NCBI GenBank assembly: GCA_963807635.1
Contig: CAWEDJ010000073.1
Span: forward strand, 74,037-138,036
DNA from: an uncultured cyanobacterium
Lineage (GTDB): Bacteria > Cyanobacteriota > Cyanobacteriia > Cyanobacteriales > Microcystaceae
Direction of reading: 5' to 3'
DNA length: 64,000 nt
This document shows positions 32,917 to 44,361 of this stretch, piece by piece. Under the pieces are notes generated by a model that was not told where the DNA came from, did not search any database, and saw only the letters and a program-made list of their open reading frames with translations. A program made the position numbers and the translations under genes. The first letter of the stretch is position 1, and each line of letters begins with the position of its first letter.

Positions 32917-34026
32917 TTAGAATAACCAACCTTTTAGACGACGAGCCACCTGGGGACGACGAAGTTTCCGCATAGCTTTGCTTTGGATTTGACGTACCCG
33001 TTCCCGCGAGAGGTCAAACATGAGACCGACCTCCTCTAGCGTATAACTCTGACTACTGGATAACCCATAGCGGAGAGAAATCACTTCTTGTTCTCGTTCC
33101 GTTAAAACATCACTTAAAACCTCCGAAATTTCTTGACGGAGCATCTTTTCGTTCATGTGGTCTTCGGGCAATTGCAAGTCCTGATCTTCCAAAAGATCCA
33201 CTAATTCCGTGTCTTCCCCCTTACCGACCCGATGATTAAGGGAAAGAGATTGGCGGCGCAATTGCAATAATTGACGGAGTTGATAGGCAGACATTTCTAG
33301 ACTTTCTGCCAACTCGGTTTCAGTCGGATTGCGTTGGAGTTCTTGCTTGAGAGAGCGTTGAATTTTTTTGAGTTTATTGAGCTTTTCAACGACATGAATC
33401 GGTAACCGAATTGTGCGGGCATCATTGGCGATGGTACGGGTAATGGCTTGACGAATCCACCAATAGGCGTAGGTCGAAAACTTATAGCCCTTGTTAGGAT
33501 CAAACTTCTCCGAAGCTCGATTTAAGCCGATCGCGCCTTCCTGGATTAAGTCTAGAAAAGGAACCCCGCGATTGAGATAGCGTTTAGCGATAGAAACCAC
33601 AAGACGCAAATTAGAACGAATCATCTTTCGTTTAGCGGTACGTCCCCGATGGAGCCAGGCATCAAATTGTCGTTCATTGGTAAAACCGAGGGTTTCCGCC
33701 CATTCCAACTTAGTGGGGGGCCGTTTCAACTCTTCCGTGAGTTTAAGTCGATTTTCTTCTGCTTTCACTAAAAGTTGAACATTATTCGCTAATTCAACCT
33801 CTTCTTCGGGTTTAAGGAGGGGATAACGAGCCATTTCCTTAAAAAACGAACCAATAGTATCATCAGACAGGGATTTTTTATAGTGGGATGAGACGGAATT
33901 CCCCATGTCATCAGCAAGATCCGAGAAATCAATTTCAACACTGTTTAGTTCAAAATCTTGGGGTTGGGCATCCAACGGATTGAATGCTTCCGTTGTAACA
34001 TTGGGGACAAAATTCGTTTTAGTCAT
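32917..34026 (-). CDS. sigE: Group 2 sigma factor, SigE-type
   Basis: DTIGSFFKEMARYPLL, NLRLVVSIAKRY, RTIANDARTIRLP, SRERVRQIQSKAMRKLRRPQVARRLKGW. Confidence 0.85.
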   Translation of the reverse strand: MTKTNFVPNVTTEAFNPLDAQPQDFELNSVEIDFSDLADDMGNSVSSHYKKSLSDDTIGSFFKEMARYPLLKPEEEVELANNVQLLVKAEENRLKLTEELKRPPTKLEWAETLGFTNERQFDAWLHRGRTAKRKMIRSNLRLVVSIAKRYLNRGVPFLDLIQEGAIGLNRASEKFDPNKGYKFSTYAYWWIRQAITRTIANDARTIRLPIHVVEKLNKLKKIQRSLKQELQRNPTETELAESLEMSAYQLRQLLQLRRQSLSLNHRVGKGEDTELVDLLEDQDLQLPEDHMNEKMLRQEISEVLSDVLTEREQEVISLRYGLSSSQSYTLEEVGLMFDLSRERVRQIQSKAMRKLRRPQVARRLKGWLF

Positions 34027-34792
34027 GGTTATTTTTAAGGGCTGTATCAAAAAAAAGAAATGATTATTAAAAATGGACGGTCTAATTCGTAAATGATATA
34101 GATTAGGCTGATTATGGCATTAAATCCTCCCAACGTCGATGGATTCTAAAGTTTTCTTAAGGGGTTTTCCTCAGAGTAATTGACTCAACACTCTGTCGAT
34201 GCTTCATTTCCAACAATCTTTAGATACCTAAATTAATCAAGATTTTAGATTGATGATTTTATTTAAGTCAAGGGAAACCCGCTCTGTCACAGCCAAGAAT
34301 CCATCCACTAGTCATCAAAATATCCTAAACCAGAAAGTTAAAATAGACTCTTATATTTGCTAAAAAGACTGGAGCATCGTTACTGGTCATTCTAAGTTAT
34401 CAGCAATAGAATTGATGATCAAAAAGATGATTCCAGATTAACAAAAGGAAAAATAAGTTTTGTCTATTTCGTCACAAAATAAACTATTTTCCCAGAAGAG
34501 ACTATCACTAGCCTCGGAAATGTCAGCAATCTAACATTGAAGATAAACAAAGAGTTTTTTTGATTATCTAGAGATTGAGCAGGACAATTTGAATACAATA
34601 TAACGATTTTGGGGATGATTGCCTAGTGGAAAAAAATTTTTTTGTGTGACTAATGGTGACTCATTCTTAGGTAAAAACGGTCATTATAGGCGATCGCGAT
34701 TTTCTCGTTTGAAATTACAGAAAACAACTCGATCGCAACGGGGTTTAAGGTTATACTGTCCTAGCGAACAAATTTGTGTTTAGTGACCCTCA

Positions 34793-37298
34793 ATGACCGA
34801 ATTTCCTGCTAATCTTGCGCTGATGGAACCCGTACTACCCTATTCGACAGAATTACCTAAATGGGTACAGGTTTTGGTCGATTGTCCAGGAATTCAGGGT
34901 TTATATACCTACGCTGTGCCGACGGAAATGGTGGTTCAAGTCGGAGATATTCTGAGTGTTCCCTTTGGTTCCCAGGTGATTGGGGGAATTGCGATTGGGT
35001 TTATGGCAGAATTACCGACAGACTTAACACCCGCCCAAATTAAGCCCATCGAAGACGTGATTACTCAGGGATTTTTTTCCCCTTCCTATTGGCAATTACT
35101 CGATCGCGTGGCGGACTATTATCGAACAGAGTTAATGAGTGTCATTCGCATGGCCTTACCCCTGGTCTATTGGGGCGATCGCAACGGAGAATTCGTCTGA
35201 AAATAGATGAATTACCATCGGGGGCCGAATTGTTTCTCAGTTTACCTGCGCGGGAAATCTTACAACTTTTACAAAAACAGACCGACCATCATTACAGTTA
35301 TGTCCATCTCCAACGACAAGTGCGGGGTTGCCAACGGGGTATCCGTGAATTAACCAAGCGGGGTTGGATCGAAAGCTATTTAGAAGATCCTAAAAATAGT
35401 CGTGCTAAACAGCAAGAAGTCGTCACATTATTAACCCAAAATTCAGAGATCAAATTAACCCCCAGACAACAGGAAGTATTAGAAATTTTGCGTCGCCAAG
35501 GGGGCGAACTTTGGGTCAGTGAGTTAATAAAATTAGCCAATTGTACTAGCCCTGTTATTAAAAAACTGGCTGATAACGGATATGTGACCATTGAAAAAAG
35601 AGAACGATTACGGCTTTTGTCAACGGTAGAAATGACCAGGGATCAAGCCAAAACCCTAACGATCGCCCAATCCAAGGCCGTAGATACTTTAAAAAAGTTA
35701 AAAGGGTTTAATCAAGTCCTCTTACACGGCGTAACAGGATCGGGAAAAACCGAAGTCTATCTCCAGGCGATCACGCCTATTTTAGCAGAGGGAAAATCGG
35801 TCTTAATCTTAGTCCCTGAAATTGGTTTAACTCCCCAATTAACGGATCGTTTTAAAGCGCGATTTGGCAATAAAATTTGTGTTTATCACAGTGCCTTGTC
35901 CGATGGGGAACGGTACGATACCTGGCGACAAATGTTAACGGGAACTTCCCAGGTCGTCATTGGAACCCGTTCAGCAATTTTCGCGCCCCTGCCCAATTTG
36001 GGATTAATTATTTTAGATGAAGAACACGACAGCAGTTTTAAGCAAAGTCAACTCATTCCCGCCTACCATGCCCGCACCGTTGCCCAATGGCGAGCCGAAT
36101 TAGAAAATTGTCCCCTCATTTTAGGATCAGCGACTCCTTCCCTGGAAAGTTGGCTCACGGTGAAAGTGCAAACCGAAGTCCAAAGGTTCCAAGGCTTCCC
36201 AAAAAGTCCTGTCCATTATCTTGCCTTACCCGAACGAGTCGCCGCCCGTCCCCTGCCGCCCGTTGAAATTGTGGATATGCGCCAGGAATTAAAAAATGGT
36301 AATCGCTCAATTTTTAGTTATTCCCTACAAAATGCCTTAAAAAATCTCAAAGAACAGAGAAAACAGGGCATTATCTTTGTTAATCGTCGCGGTCATAGTA
36401 CCTTTGTTTCCTGTCGCAGTTGCGGGTTTGTCTTGGAATGTCCCCATTGTGATGTCTCCCTTTCCTATCACTATACCCATGCAGGAGCGACGGAACTGTT
36501 GCGCTGTCATTATTGCAATTTTACCCAAACTCAACCGCGCCATTGTCCCAGTTGTGAGTCACCCTATCTGAAATTTTTTGGCAGTGGGACTCAAAAAGTG
36601 ACAGAAGTCTTGACAGAGCAATTTCCTGAGTTGAGTTGGCTCCGTTTTGATAGTGATACGACTCGCACGAAGGGGGCGCATCGCCGAATTTTGGATGATT
36701 TTAGTCAAGGAAAGGCGGATCTGTTGGTCGGAACCCAGATGCTGACTAAGGGCTTAGATGTCGCGCAGGTGACCCTGGTGGGGGCGATCGCAGCAGATAG
36801 TTTACTAAATTTTTCCGATTATCGTTCCGCAGAAAGGGCCTTTCAAACCCTGACTCAAGTTGCAGGTCGGGCGGGAAGAGGCGATGAGGCGGGACGGGTG
36901 ATTATTCAGACCTATGCTCCGAGTCATCCGGTGATTGAGGCGGTGAAAAATCATGATTATCAAGCTTTTATCGAGCAGGAATTGCCCCAACGTCAAATTC
37001 TGAATTATCCGCCCTACGGTCATTTGATTTTGATTCGTCTGAGTGGTCTGGACTCAGATCTGGTGGAAAATGCGGCAGTCGCGATCGCGAAAAGTGTCAG
37101 GTGATTTTAGAGGATCTGGTGGAAATTTTAGGGCCTGCGCCTGCGAGTGTGATGAGAGTTGCAAAACGCTTCCGTTGGCATATTTTGTTGAAATTTTCCG
37201 ACAATTTAAGGCAGAATCTAGATTTAAAAGCTTTACGGGCGATCTGTCCTGCTTCTGTCAGCCTAAGTATTGATGTTGATCCGCTTTATATTGAGTGA
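34793..37298 (+). CDS. priA: Primosomal protein N' (frameshifts ~35160 and ~37090)
   Basis: GVTGSGKTEVY, PEIGLTPQ, DEEHD, SATPS, four CxxC pairs, QVAGRAGR, DVDP. Confidence 0.95.
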
Positions 37299-37749
37299 AA
37301 TTTTATTTTGACGCGATCGCGTTTTTCTTAATCGGGAAAGTGCGATCATCGTTTCAGGGATTAGGGAAAAAGACAATTTCACAGATTTAGGATACTGCTC
37401 AGGCAAGGGGTTTTGAGCCGTTGTTGATAAAAATTGAGAATACCTTCCGCCTGTAAAGACCGCCATATTATCTCAAATATTACAGAATATTACAATTTAT
37501 CAAGTATTTTCTAGAATCACCATTGCCCTTGCTTTTTCGAGAACTTGAATTTTCAGATAAAGAAAGGTTTCCCTCTGTCTTCTCAAAAAACTTGCCAAAA
37601 GCATGACTTATATCCTTATCATCGTAAATAGTAGTTGATTGCGTTTTCATATAGCGCACCTCTGTCGGAAACCATGCTTAAGGAACATTAGTTGTGATTT
37701 AAGTAGATCCTGTTATAGACTCACAGCATTGCTCATCGTTATAATCCCT

Positions 37750-40453
37750 ATGTCCATTCTTGTCATTGTTGAATCTCCCACCAAAGCTCGTACCATCCGT
37801 AATTATTTGCCAAGTAGTTATCGGGTAGAAGCTTCTATGGGCCATGTACGGGATTTGCCCGCAACGGCGGAGGAGGTTCCCGCGAGTTATAAAGACAAAA
37901 AATGGGCGAATTTGGGAGTTGATGTCGAAAATAATTTTGACCCGCTTTACGTTATTCCTAAAACCAAAAAGAAAGTCGTTAAGGAATTGCAAGCCGCACT
38001 CAAGGATGCCGATGAAGTGATTCTGGCAACGGACGAAGACCGAGAAGGTGAAAGTATTAGTTGGCATTTGTCTCAATTGCTAAAGCCGAAAGTGCCGATT
38101 AAACGGATGGTTTTCCATGAAATTACCCAGGAAGCTATCCAAAAAGCCCTGAAAAATTGTCGTGTTATTGATGAAAGTTTAGTTCATGCTCAGGAAACTC
38201 GGCGAATTTTAGACCGATTAGTGGGTTATACCCTTTCTCCCCTACTCTGGAAAAAGATTGCGTTTGGATTGTCGGCGGGGCGGGTGCAATCGGTGGCGGT
38301 TCGTCTTCTGGTTAAGCGTGAACGGGAGCGGCGAGCCTTTAAGGAAGCAGGTTATTGGGATCTCAAGGCGTTGCTCTTGGCAGAAAAAAGTCCCTTTGAA
38401 GTGAAGTTAATCAGTCTGGGCGGTAAAAAGATCGCCAATGGTAGTGATTTTGATCCAAGTACGGGAAAACTGATTCAGGGAAAAAATGTTGTTCTTTTAA
38501 ATGAGGCAGAGGCGATCGCCTTAAAAGAGCGTTTATCGGGAAAACCTTGGCAAGTTAGTAATACCGAAGAAAAACCAACGACTCGTAAACCTTCTCCTCC
38601 CTTTACGACTTCGACTCTCCAACAGGAAGCTAACCGTAAATTAGGAACTTCGGCGCGGGATACGATGCGAACTGCCCAAAAACTCTACGAAGAGGGCTAT
38701 ATCACTTATATGCGGACGGATTCGGTACATCTTTCCGAACAGGCCATTACGGCGGCCCGCAGTTGCGTCCGAACAGATGTATGGTGCGGAATATTTGAGT
38801 CCCCAGGAGCGACAATTTACCACCAAAAGTAAAGGAGCCCAGGAAGCCCACGAAGCCATTCGCCCTGCGGGGAGTGAATTTCGTATCCCCAATAAAACAG
38901 GCCTATCGGGGCAGGAATTAGCCCTCTATGACCTCATCTGGAAGCGAACCGTTGCTTGCCAAATGGCCGATGCTCGACTGACTCAATTGGCGGTTATTGT
39001 CAAAGTGGAAGATGCGGAATTTCGGGCGGCGGGTAAACGGATTGATTTTCCTGGGTTCTTTCGGGCCTATGTGGAAGGTTCCGATGATCCTGAAGCCGCG
39101 ATCGACAGATCAGGAAGTAATCTTACCGCCCCTCAAAATTGGCGACAAACCGACCTGTCAACAACTCGATGTCGCTGGTCACGAAACCCAACCTCCCGCC
39201 CGTTACACCGAAGCCTCTTTAGTGAAAACCTTGGAAAGTGAAGGATCGGCCGCCCTAGTACCTACGCCAGCATTATCGGCACCATCATGGATCGGGGTTA
39301 TGCTCAAATGCGAGCCAAGGCTCTGGTTCCGACTTTTACAGCCTTTGCCGTTGTCAGTTTATTGGAAGAACATTTTCCCGATTTAGTTGATACAGGCTTT
39401 ACCTCCAAAATGGAACAAACCCTCGATGAAATTTCCACGGGAGAAGCCCAATGGCTCCCTTATCTTCAAGGCTTTTTCTTAGGGGAAGCGGGTTTAGAAA
39501 ATCAGGTGAAAGTCCGGGAGAGCCAGATTGATCCCAGTTCAGCGAAGGCAATTATTCTCGAAAATTTGGCTGCTAAGGTTAAAATCGGCAAGTTTGGCCC
39601 CTATATTGAAATTCCTCAAGGTGAAGAGGTGGTGACGGCTTCCATTCCCGCCGATCTTACCCCCTCCGATCTCAGTCCTGAGCAGGTTTTAATGCTCCTC
39701 AAGCAAAAAATAGAAGGCCCTGAAAAAATAGGGATTCATCCTGAAGGAGGAGAGCCAATTTATGTGCTGGTGGGAACCTATGGCCCCTATGTCCAGTTAG
39801 GGGAAGTCAGTGATGACAATAAAAAACCCAAACGGTCTTCTTTGCCTAAGGGAATGAAGCCAGAGGAGCTTACCCTCGATATTGCCGTAGGGCTACTGTC
39901 TCTTCCTCGGACTTTAGGAACCCATCCAGAAACAGGAGCGCAAATTCAGACGAATTTGGGACGTTTTGGCCCCTATGTCGTCCATGACCAGGGTAAGGAG
40001 GGTAAGGATTATCGCTCTCTCAAGGCAGAGGATAATGTGTTAACGATTTCTCTAGAACGGGCCTTAGAACTCTTAGCAGAACCCAAGCGGGGCAAAGGCA
40101 GGGGCAAGAAGTCTCCCTTAAAGGAATTAGGAGTGCATCCGACGGATCAAGAACCTGTTCATATTCTGGATGCGCCCCTATGGCCCCTACGTCAAGCATG
40201 GCAAAATTAATGCCAGTCTTCCTGAAGGGGAAACGGTGGAGACTTTAACCCTCGAAAGGCAATCGCGTTGTTGGCGGATAAAGAGGGAACCAAAAAAACA
40301 ACTCGTAAAAAAGCGGCAACGGCAACCAAAACGGCGGCCAAGAAGACCACTGCCACAAAATCAACGGCGGCTAAAAAAACAGCTACCAAATCAACAACGG
40401 CTAAGAAAGCAACGACCACACGAAAAACATCAACTAAAACGCCTGAAAGTTAA
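37750..40453 (+). CDS. topA: DNA topoisomerase I (several apparent frameshifts) with Lys/Ala/Thr-rich tail
   Basis: [40 protein letters not shown], repeated G.(F/Y)GPY C-terminal domains. Confidence 0.96.
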
Positions 40454-40473
40454 TCAAAAAGTGATTACTCAAA

Positions 40474-41640
40474 ATGAAAACCTATGATTGGATTGTGGTC
40501 GGGGCAGGTATCACGGGAGCGGCTCTGGCCTATGAATTAGCGAAACAGGGATTACAGGTTCTTTTATTGGAAAAAGAGAAAAATCCTCACAGTGCGACCT
40601 ATTACAGCTACGGTGGCGTTGCCTATTGGTCAGGAATTACGACGATAAACCGTCAACTGTGTCAAGAATCCAAATATATTTTGAGTCATCTTTCTCAGGA
40701 ATTAGACGGAGAGACGGAATATCGAGAACTGAATTTGGTCTTAACGATTCCTCATCGGCCATGATCCTGATACTGTTCGCAAAAATTATGAAAATTGTCT
40801 CAATCCCCCCGATTATTTAACCGTTGAAGAAGCTATTGAACTGGAACCTCTGCTTAATCCTGACCAAATTGCAGGAGTTTTGACGGTAGCTCACGGTCAT
40901 ATTCATGCCCAAAAAACCACCAGGGCTTATTTACAAGCATTTTTGCGACTGGGTGGAACCTTAGAAATTGAACCTGTTCTCAATTTATTGCGTCAAAATG
41001 AGCGAATTACTGGGGTTATTGCCTCCCAAAATACTTATCAAGCAGAAAATACGGTAATTTGTGCAGGAGCTTTCAGTCGTTCTTTTCTAGAAGCCAATAA
41101 TATTCAGATTCCTCTCTATTTCAGTCATGCCCAAGTCATCAAAACACCACCCCTTAATATTCGTCTGCGATCGCTGGTAATGCCCGCCGTGTTGCAACGC
41201 TTAGAAATCGAAGCCCAGGCCAGACAACCCGAAAAAGAATCCGATTGGACGCTCCCCAACTCTAACGTCATGGCGGCAATCACCGAACCAGGCGCGATTC
41301 AGTTTTTAGATGGTAGTTTTTATCTTGGGCAAGTCAGCCAGATTATCACCGATGCAAGCATGATTCCTGACTTAACCCAAAGTGAAACCGAAATTCGTTC
41401 CCAAATTGCCAAAATTTTACCTCACTTGGCAATGTGCCTGGAACTTGCCATCATTGCCTAGTGGCTTTTAGTGATCCTAGTCACCCTTTAGTCGGTAAAG
41501 TCGAAAATCTTGGAGGTATTCACCTCTTTTCGGGATTTACTAGCCCTCTGGCCTACGCCCCGCCCCTAGCTCGACATTTTGCAACTTGGGCAACTCAAGG
41601 AAACGATCAGGTCATTGATCAATTTTCTGCGATTGGTTAA
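40474..41640 (+). CDS. FAD-dependent oxidoreductase, DAO/glycine oxidase family (frameshifts ~40760 and ~41435)
   Basis: VVGAGITG Rossmann motif; ICAGA; FSGFTSP. Confidence 0.85.
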
Positions 41641-41780
41641 CAAATTGGTTAACAAACAGAATGGTGAGAGGATCGGCTCTAGGGCATCTATTTTTTCAGA
41701 ACTTAATAAGAGTATCTAATGCTGATGTGTATTTTGTAAATTCTTGTCTTTATGTTTTTTTGAAAAATTCTGAAAAATTC

Positions 41781-43193
41781 CTAATGAATAATCATTCTTT
41801 CCAGATTCTGTTGTAATTCTTGGGTCAGATTGGCCACCGCTTGACGACGATTTGCTTTATATTCAGGCGATCGCGCCGTGACAGAAATCGGTTCCCCAAT
41901 GGTCATTTGGGCGCGTTGTTGACCTAATCGGGGGCGAGAAAAGGACGTTCCCCCCTTAATGCGGGCCACCAAATCCCACATCAGAAGTATGGTGTCGGCA
42001 AAACGTTCTACCGTCGGCTTTTCTCGGACATAATACCCCGTCACCGCCACAAAGCTTTCTACCATTCTCATGTGCCACATCCGCAAATCCGCTTCTTCCG
42101 CCACGCGATCAGCCAAAGCCCGCTTTAGGGGACTCAGATTCTTATCAGGCTTGAATTCTTCCCGATAGATGCAATCCCAACCCGCCTGTTCCACCCGACG
42201 ACAGCGATCGACAACGGTTCCCTTATTAGGAATATGAAAATATTGTTCTGCCACTTCTAGAGCTATATTAAGTAAATTTTGTAATCGTAAGGAAAAAAGT
42301 GCATTGGGTAATTGTTGAAGGGTATCTGAGTTATCATCAAAAGTGGCTTTTAGGGTATCTACATCAGGCAAATTTTGGTGATAGGATTCCCGATAAAAAT
42401 TCTCCATAATTCCTAAAATTTCTTCCCCTAAATTAAATAAACGCTCATACAATTTTTGTTCCTCTAATTGATGATTCTCAGTAGAAAATTGGGTTTTAAT
42501 CCCACAATCTTTTTCTAATTGCATTAATAAATCGGCAATTTTTGCCCAGGGGCGTGTGATATAAAAATATTGAATTCCAACAGGAATAATAAACACTTCT
42601 TCCGTGCGATCGCTTTTTTGTAAATCTTCCGCACACCAAAAACCCAGTTGAGCAATCCCAGGTTCCAAGGGACTAATAATCTCGTTATGGCCATTCGTTG
42701 CCCCTTCAGGCGCGGCGGCGATCGGAAAGGAGGCATTAGTGAATAATTCCCGTGCCGATCGCAGTCCAGGAAGATCGAGTTTTCCCCGTTGAATTGACGT
42801 TCCCCCCAAATGGGAATAGAGCCAACTCACGGCTGTTCCTGCCCATAGAGGAATGCCTCGGTCATACATAAAATGGGCATGAATCGGTTGCTGGAGTTGA
42901 ATATTTTCTTGTTTGATAAATTTAGGCAATAATTTCCACAGTAGATAACCCATACAGTAGGGATCATTGACACTAGGATGACGAAAAGCTAATAAAAATC
43001 TCACTTTTTTTTGCTGAAATTTTTGATAATATTCTGCCAAGATAGATAAATTGTCTGCCTCTATTTTCGCCAAGGGAGTCTGCGATCGCAACCAGAGCGG
43101 TAAAATGAACTGACATCCCTTCAGCACGAAAGCATTATAAACAGGAGGAATAAAATCAAGGGGCGGCTGGGCGCGAATTGAATCAGTATTCAT
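41781..43193 (-). CDS. PlsC-like glycerolipid acyltransferase
   Basis: FRHPSVND (Hx4D), SIQRGK, APEG, IPVGIQY. Confidence 0.85.
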   Translation of the reverse strand: MNTDSIRAQPPLDFIPPVYNAFVLKGCQFILPLWLRSQTPLAKIEADNLSILAEYYQKFQQKKVRFLLAFRHPSVNDPYCMGYLLWKLLPKFIKQENIQLQQPIHAHFMYDRGIPLWAGTAVSWLYSHLGGTSIQRGKLDLPGLRSARELFTNASFPIAAAPEGATNGHNEIISPLEPGIAQLGFWCAEDLQKSDRTEEVFIIPVGIQYFYITRPWAKIADLLMQLEKDCGIKTQFSTENHQLEEQKLYERLFNLGEEILGIMENFYRESYHQNLPDVDTLKATFDDNSDTLQQLPNALFSLRLQNLLNIALEVAEQYFHIPNKGTVVDRCRRVEQAGWDCIYREEFKPDKNLSPLKRALADRVAEEADLRMWHMRMVESFVAVTGYYVREKPTVERFADTILLMWDLVARIKGGTSFSRPRLGQQRAQMTIGEPISVTARSPEYKANRRQAVANLTQELQQNLERMIIH

Positions 43194-43229
43194 GATATTT
43201 GATAATTAATCGCTAAAAATTTATCCATT

Positions 43230-44240
43230 TTAAGCTTGATATTGACATAAAATTAGACCAAACCACCCTTGGGAATCTGTCCAACTTTGTACCGTTTTTA
43301 ATCCTTGATTTGCTAAATATTCTTCCATTTGTCTCAAGTTAAACTTACGAGAAATTTCAGTTAACAGAGTTTCTCCTTTGGTAAAATTGATTTTTAAATT
43401 TAACGTCTTAAGACTGACTACCTGCTCTTTTTGGCTAACTAGGTGCATTTCAATTTGGGATTTTTCCTGATTATAAAAAGACCTGTGCTGAAATTCGGAT
43501 AGATTAAAATTTCCGTCAAATCGCCAGTTTAAATGCTCTAAAATATTGAGATTAAATTGAGCCGTAATCCCTTGACTATCATTATAGGCCGCTTCCAGAA
43601 TTTGATTATCTTTTTGTAAATCAATTCCCAATAAAAAATAATCTCCTTGATTTAAAGCCGCAGTAACTTGCTCAAAAAAGTGATCGCATTCCTGGGGACT
43701 AAAATTACCGAGAGTACTCCCCAGAAAAGCGATCAATCGACTGGCAAATTGAACAGGAGGTAAATCTTCTAGGGCTAACTGATAGGTGCTGACTAATCCA
43801 TGAATTGTCAATCTTGCATAATCCTTTAACAATTCCTGAGCCGTTGTTTCTAAAATTCCCGTACTCACATCAATGGGAATATAATGAATAGGATAATTTA
43901 AGTGCTGATAGGCATCTAATAAAAAACGGGTTTTAGTGGAGCTACCACTTCCTAATTCAATCAAGTCACAGGCTCCTGTGATAGTCGCAATTTCTGGGGA
44001 ATTATCCTTTAAAATCGCTGCCTCTGTTCGAGTGGGATAATATTCAGGTAAAGTACAAATTTTTTCAAATAAATCCGATCCTAAATCATCATAAAAATAG
44101 TGTGGAGGAAGGGATTTTTGGACTTGTCTTAATCCAGCAATAACATCACTACCGTGATTAGTATAACTGAGAGGATGGGTCTGGAGAAAATTGTCAATTT
44201 GTAATCGCTCATCTAAATTGACCTCGAAAATAAGTGTCAT
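43230..44240 (-). CDS. egtD: L-histidine N-alpha-methyltransferase (ergothioneine pathway)
   Basis: YFYDDLGSDLFEKICTLPEYYPTRTE, ELGSGS, FLGSTLGN, AYNDSQGITAQFN, TEISRKF. Confidence 0.92.
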   Translation of the reverse strand: MTLIFEVNLDERLQIDNFLQTHPLSYTNHGSDVIAGLRQVQKSLPPHYFYDDLGSDLFEKICTLPEYYPTRTEAAILKDNSPEIATITGACDLIELGSGSSTKTRFLLDAYQHLNYPIHYIPIDVSTGILETTAQELLKDYARLTIHGLVSTYQLALEDLPPVQFASRLIAFLGSTLGNFSPQECDHFFEQVTAALNQGDYFLLGIDLQKDNQILEAAYNDSQGITAQFNLNILEHLNWRFDGNFNLSEFQHRSFYNQEKSQIEMHLVSQKEQVVSLKTLNLKINFTKGETLLTEISRKFNLRQMEEYLANQGLKTVQSWTDSQGWFGLILCQYQA

Positions 44241-44361
44241 GAAACTCCTCTTTTTATCCTGCTAGATTTTTGATCATTCCGAAGAATTGATTGAGTTGGT
44301 AGAAATTTTGAGCTACCCAAAAATATTTTATAATAATAACCATCAGAAATGAATCATTAAA

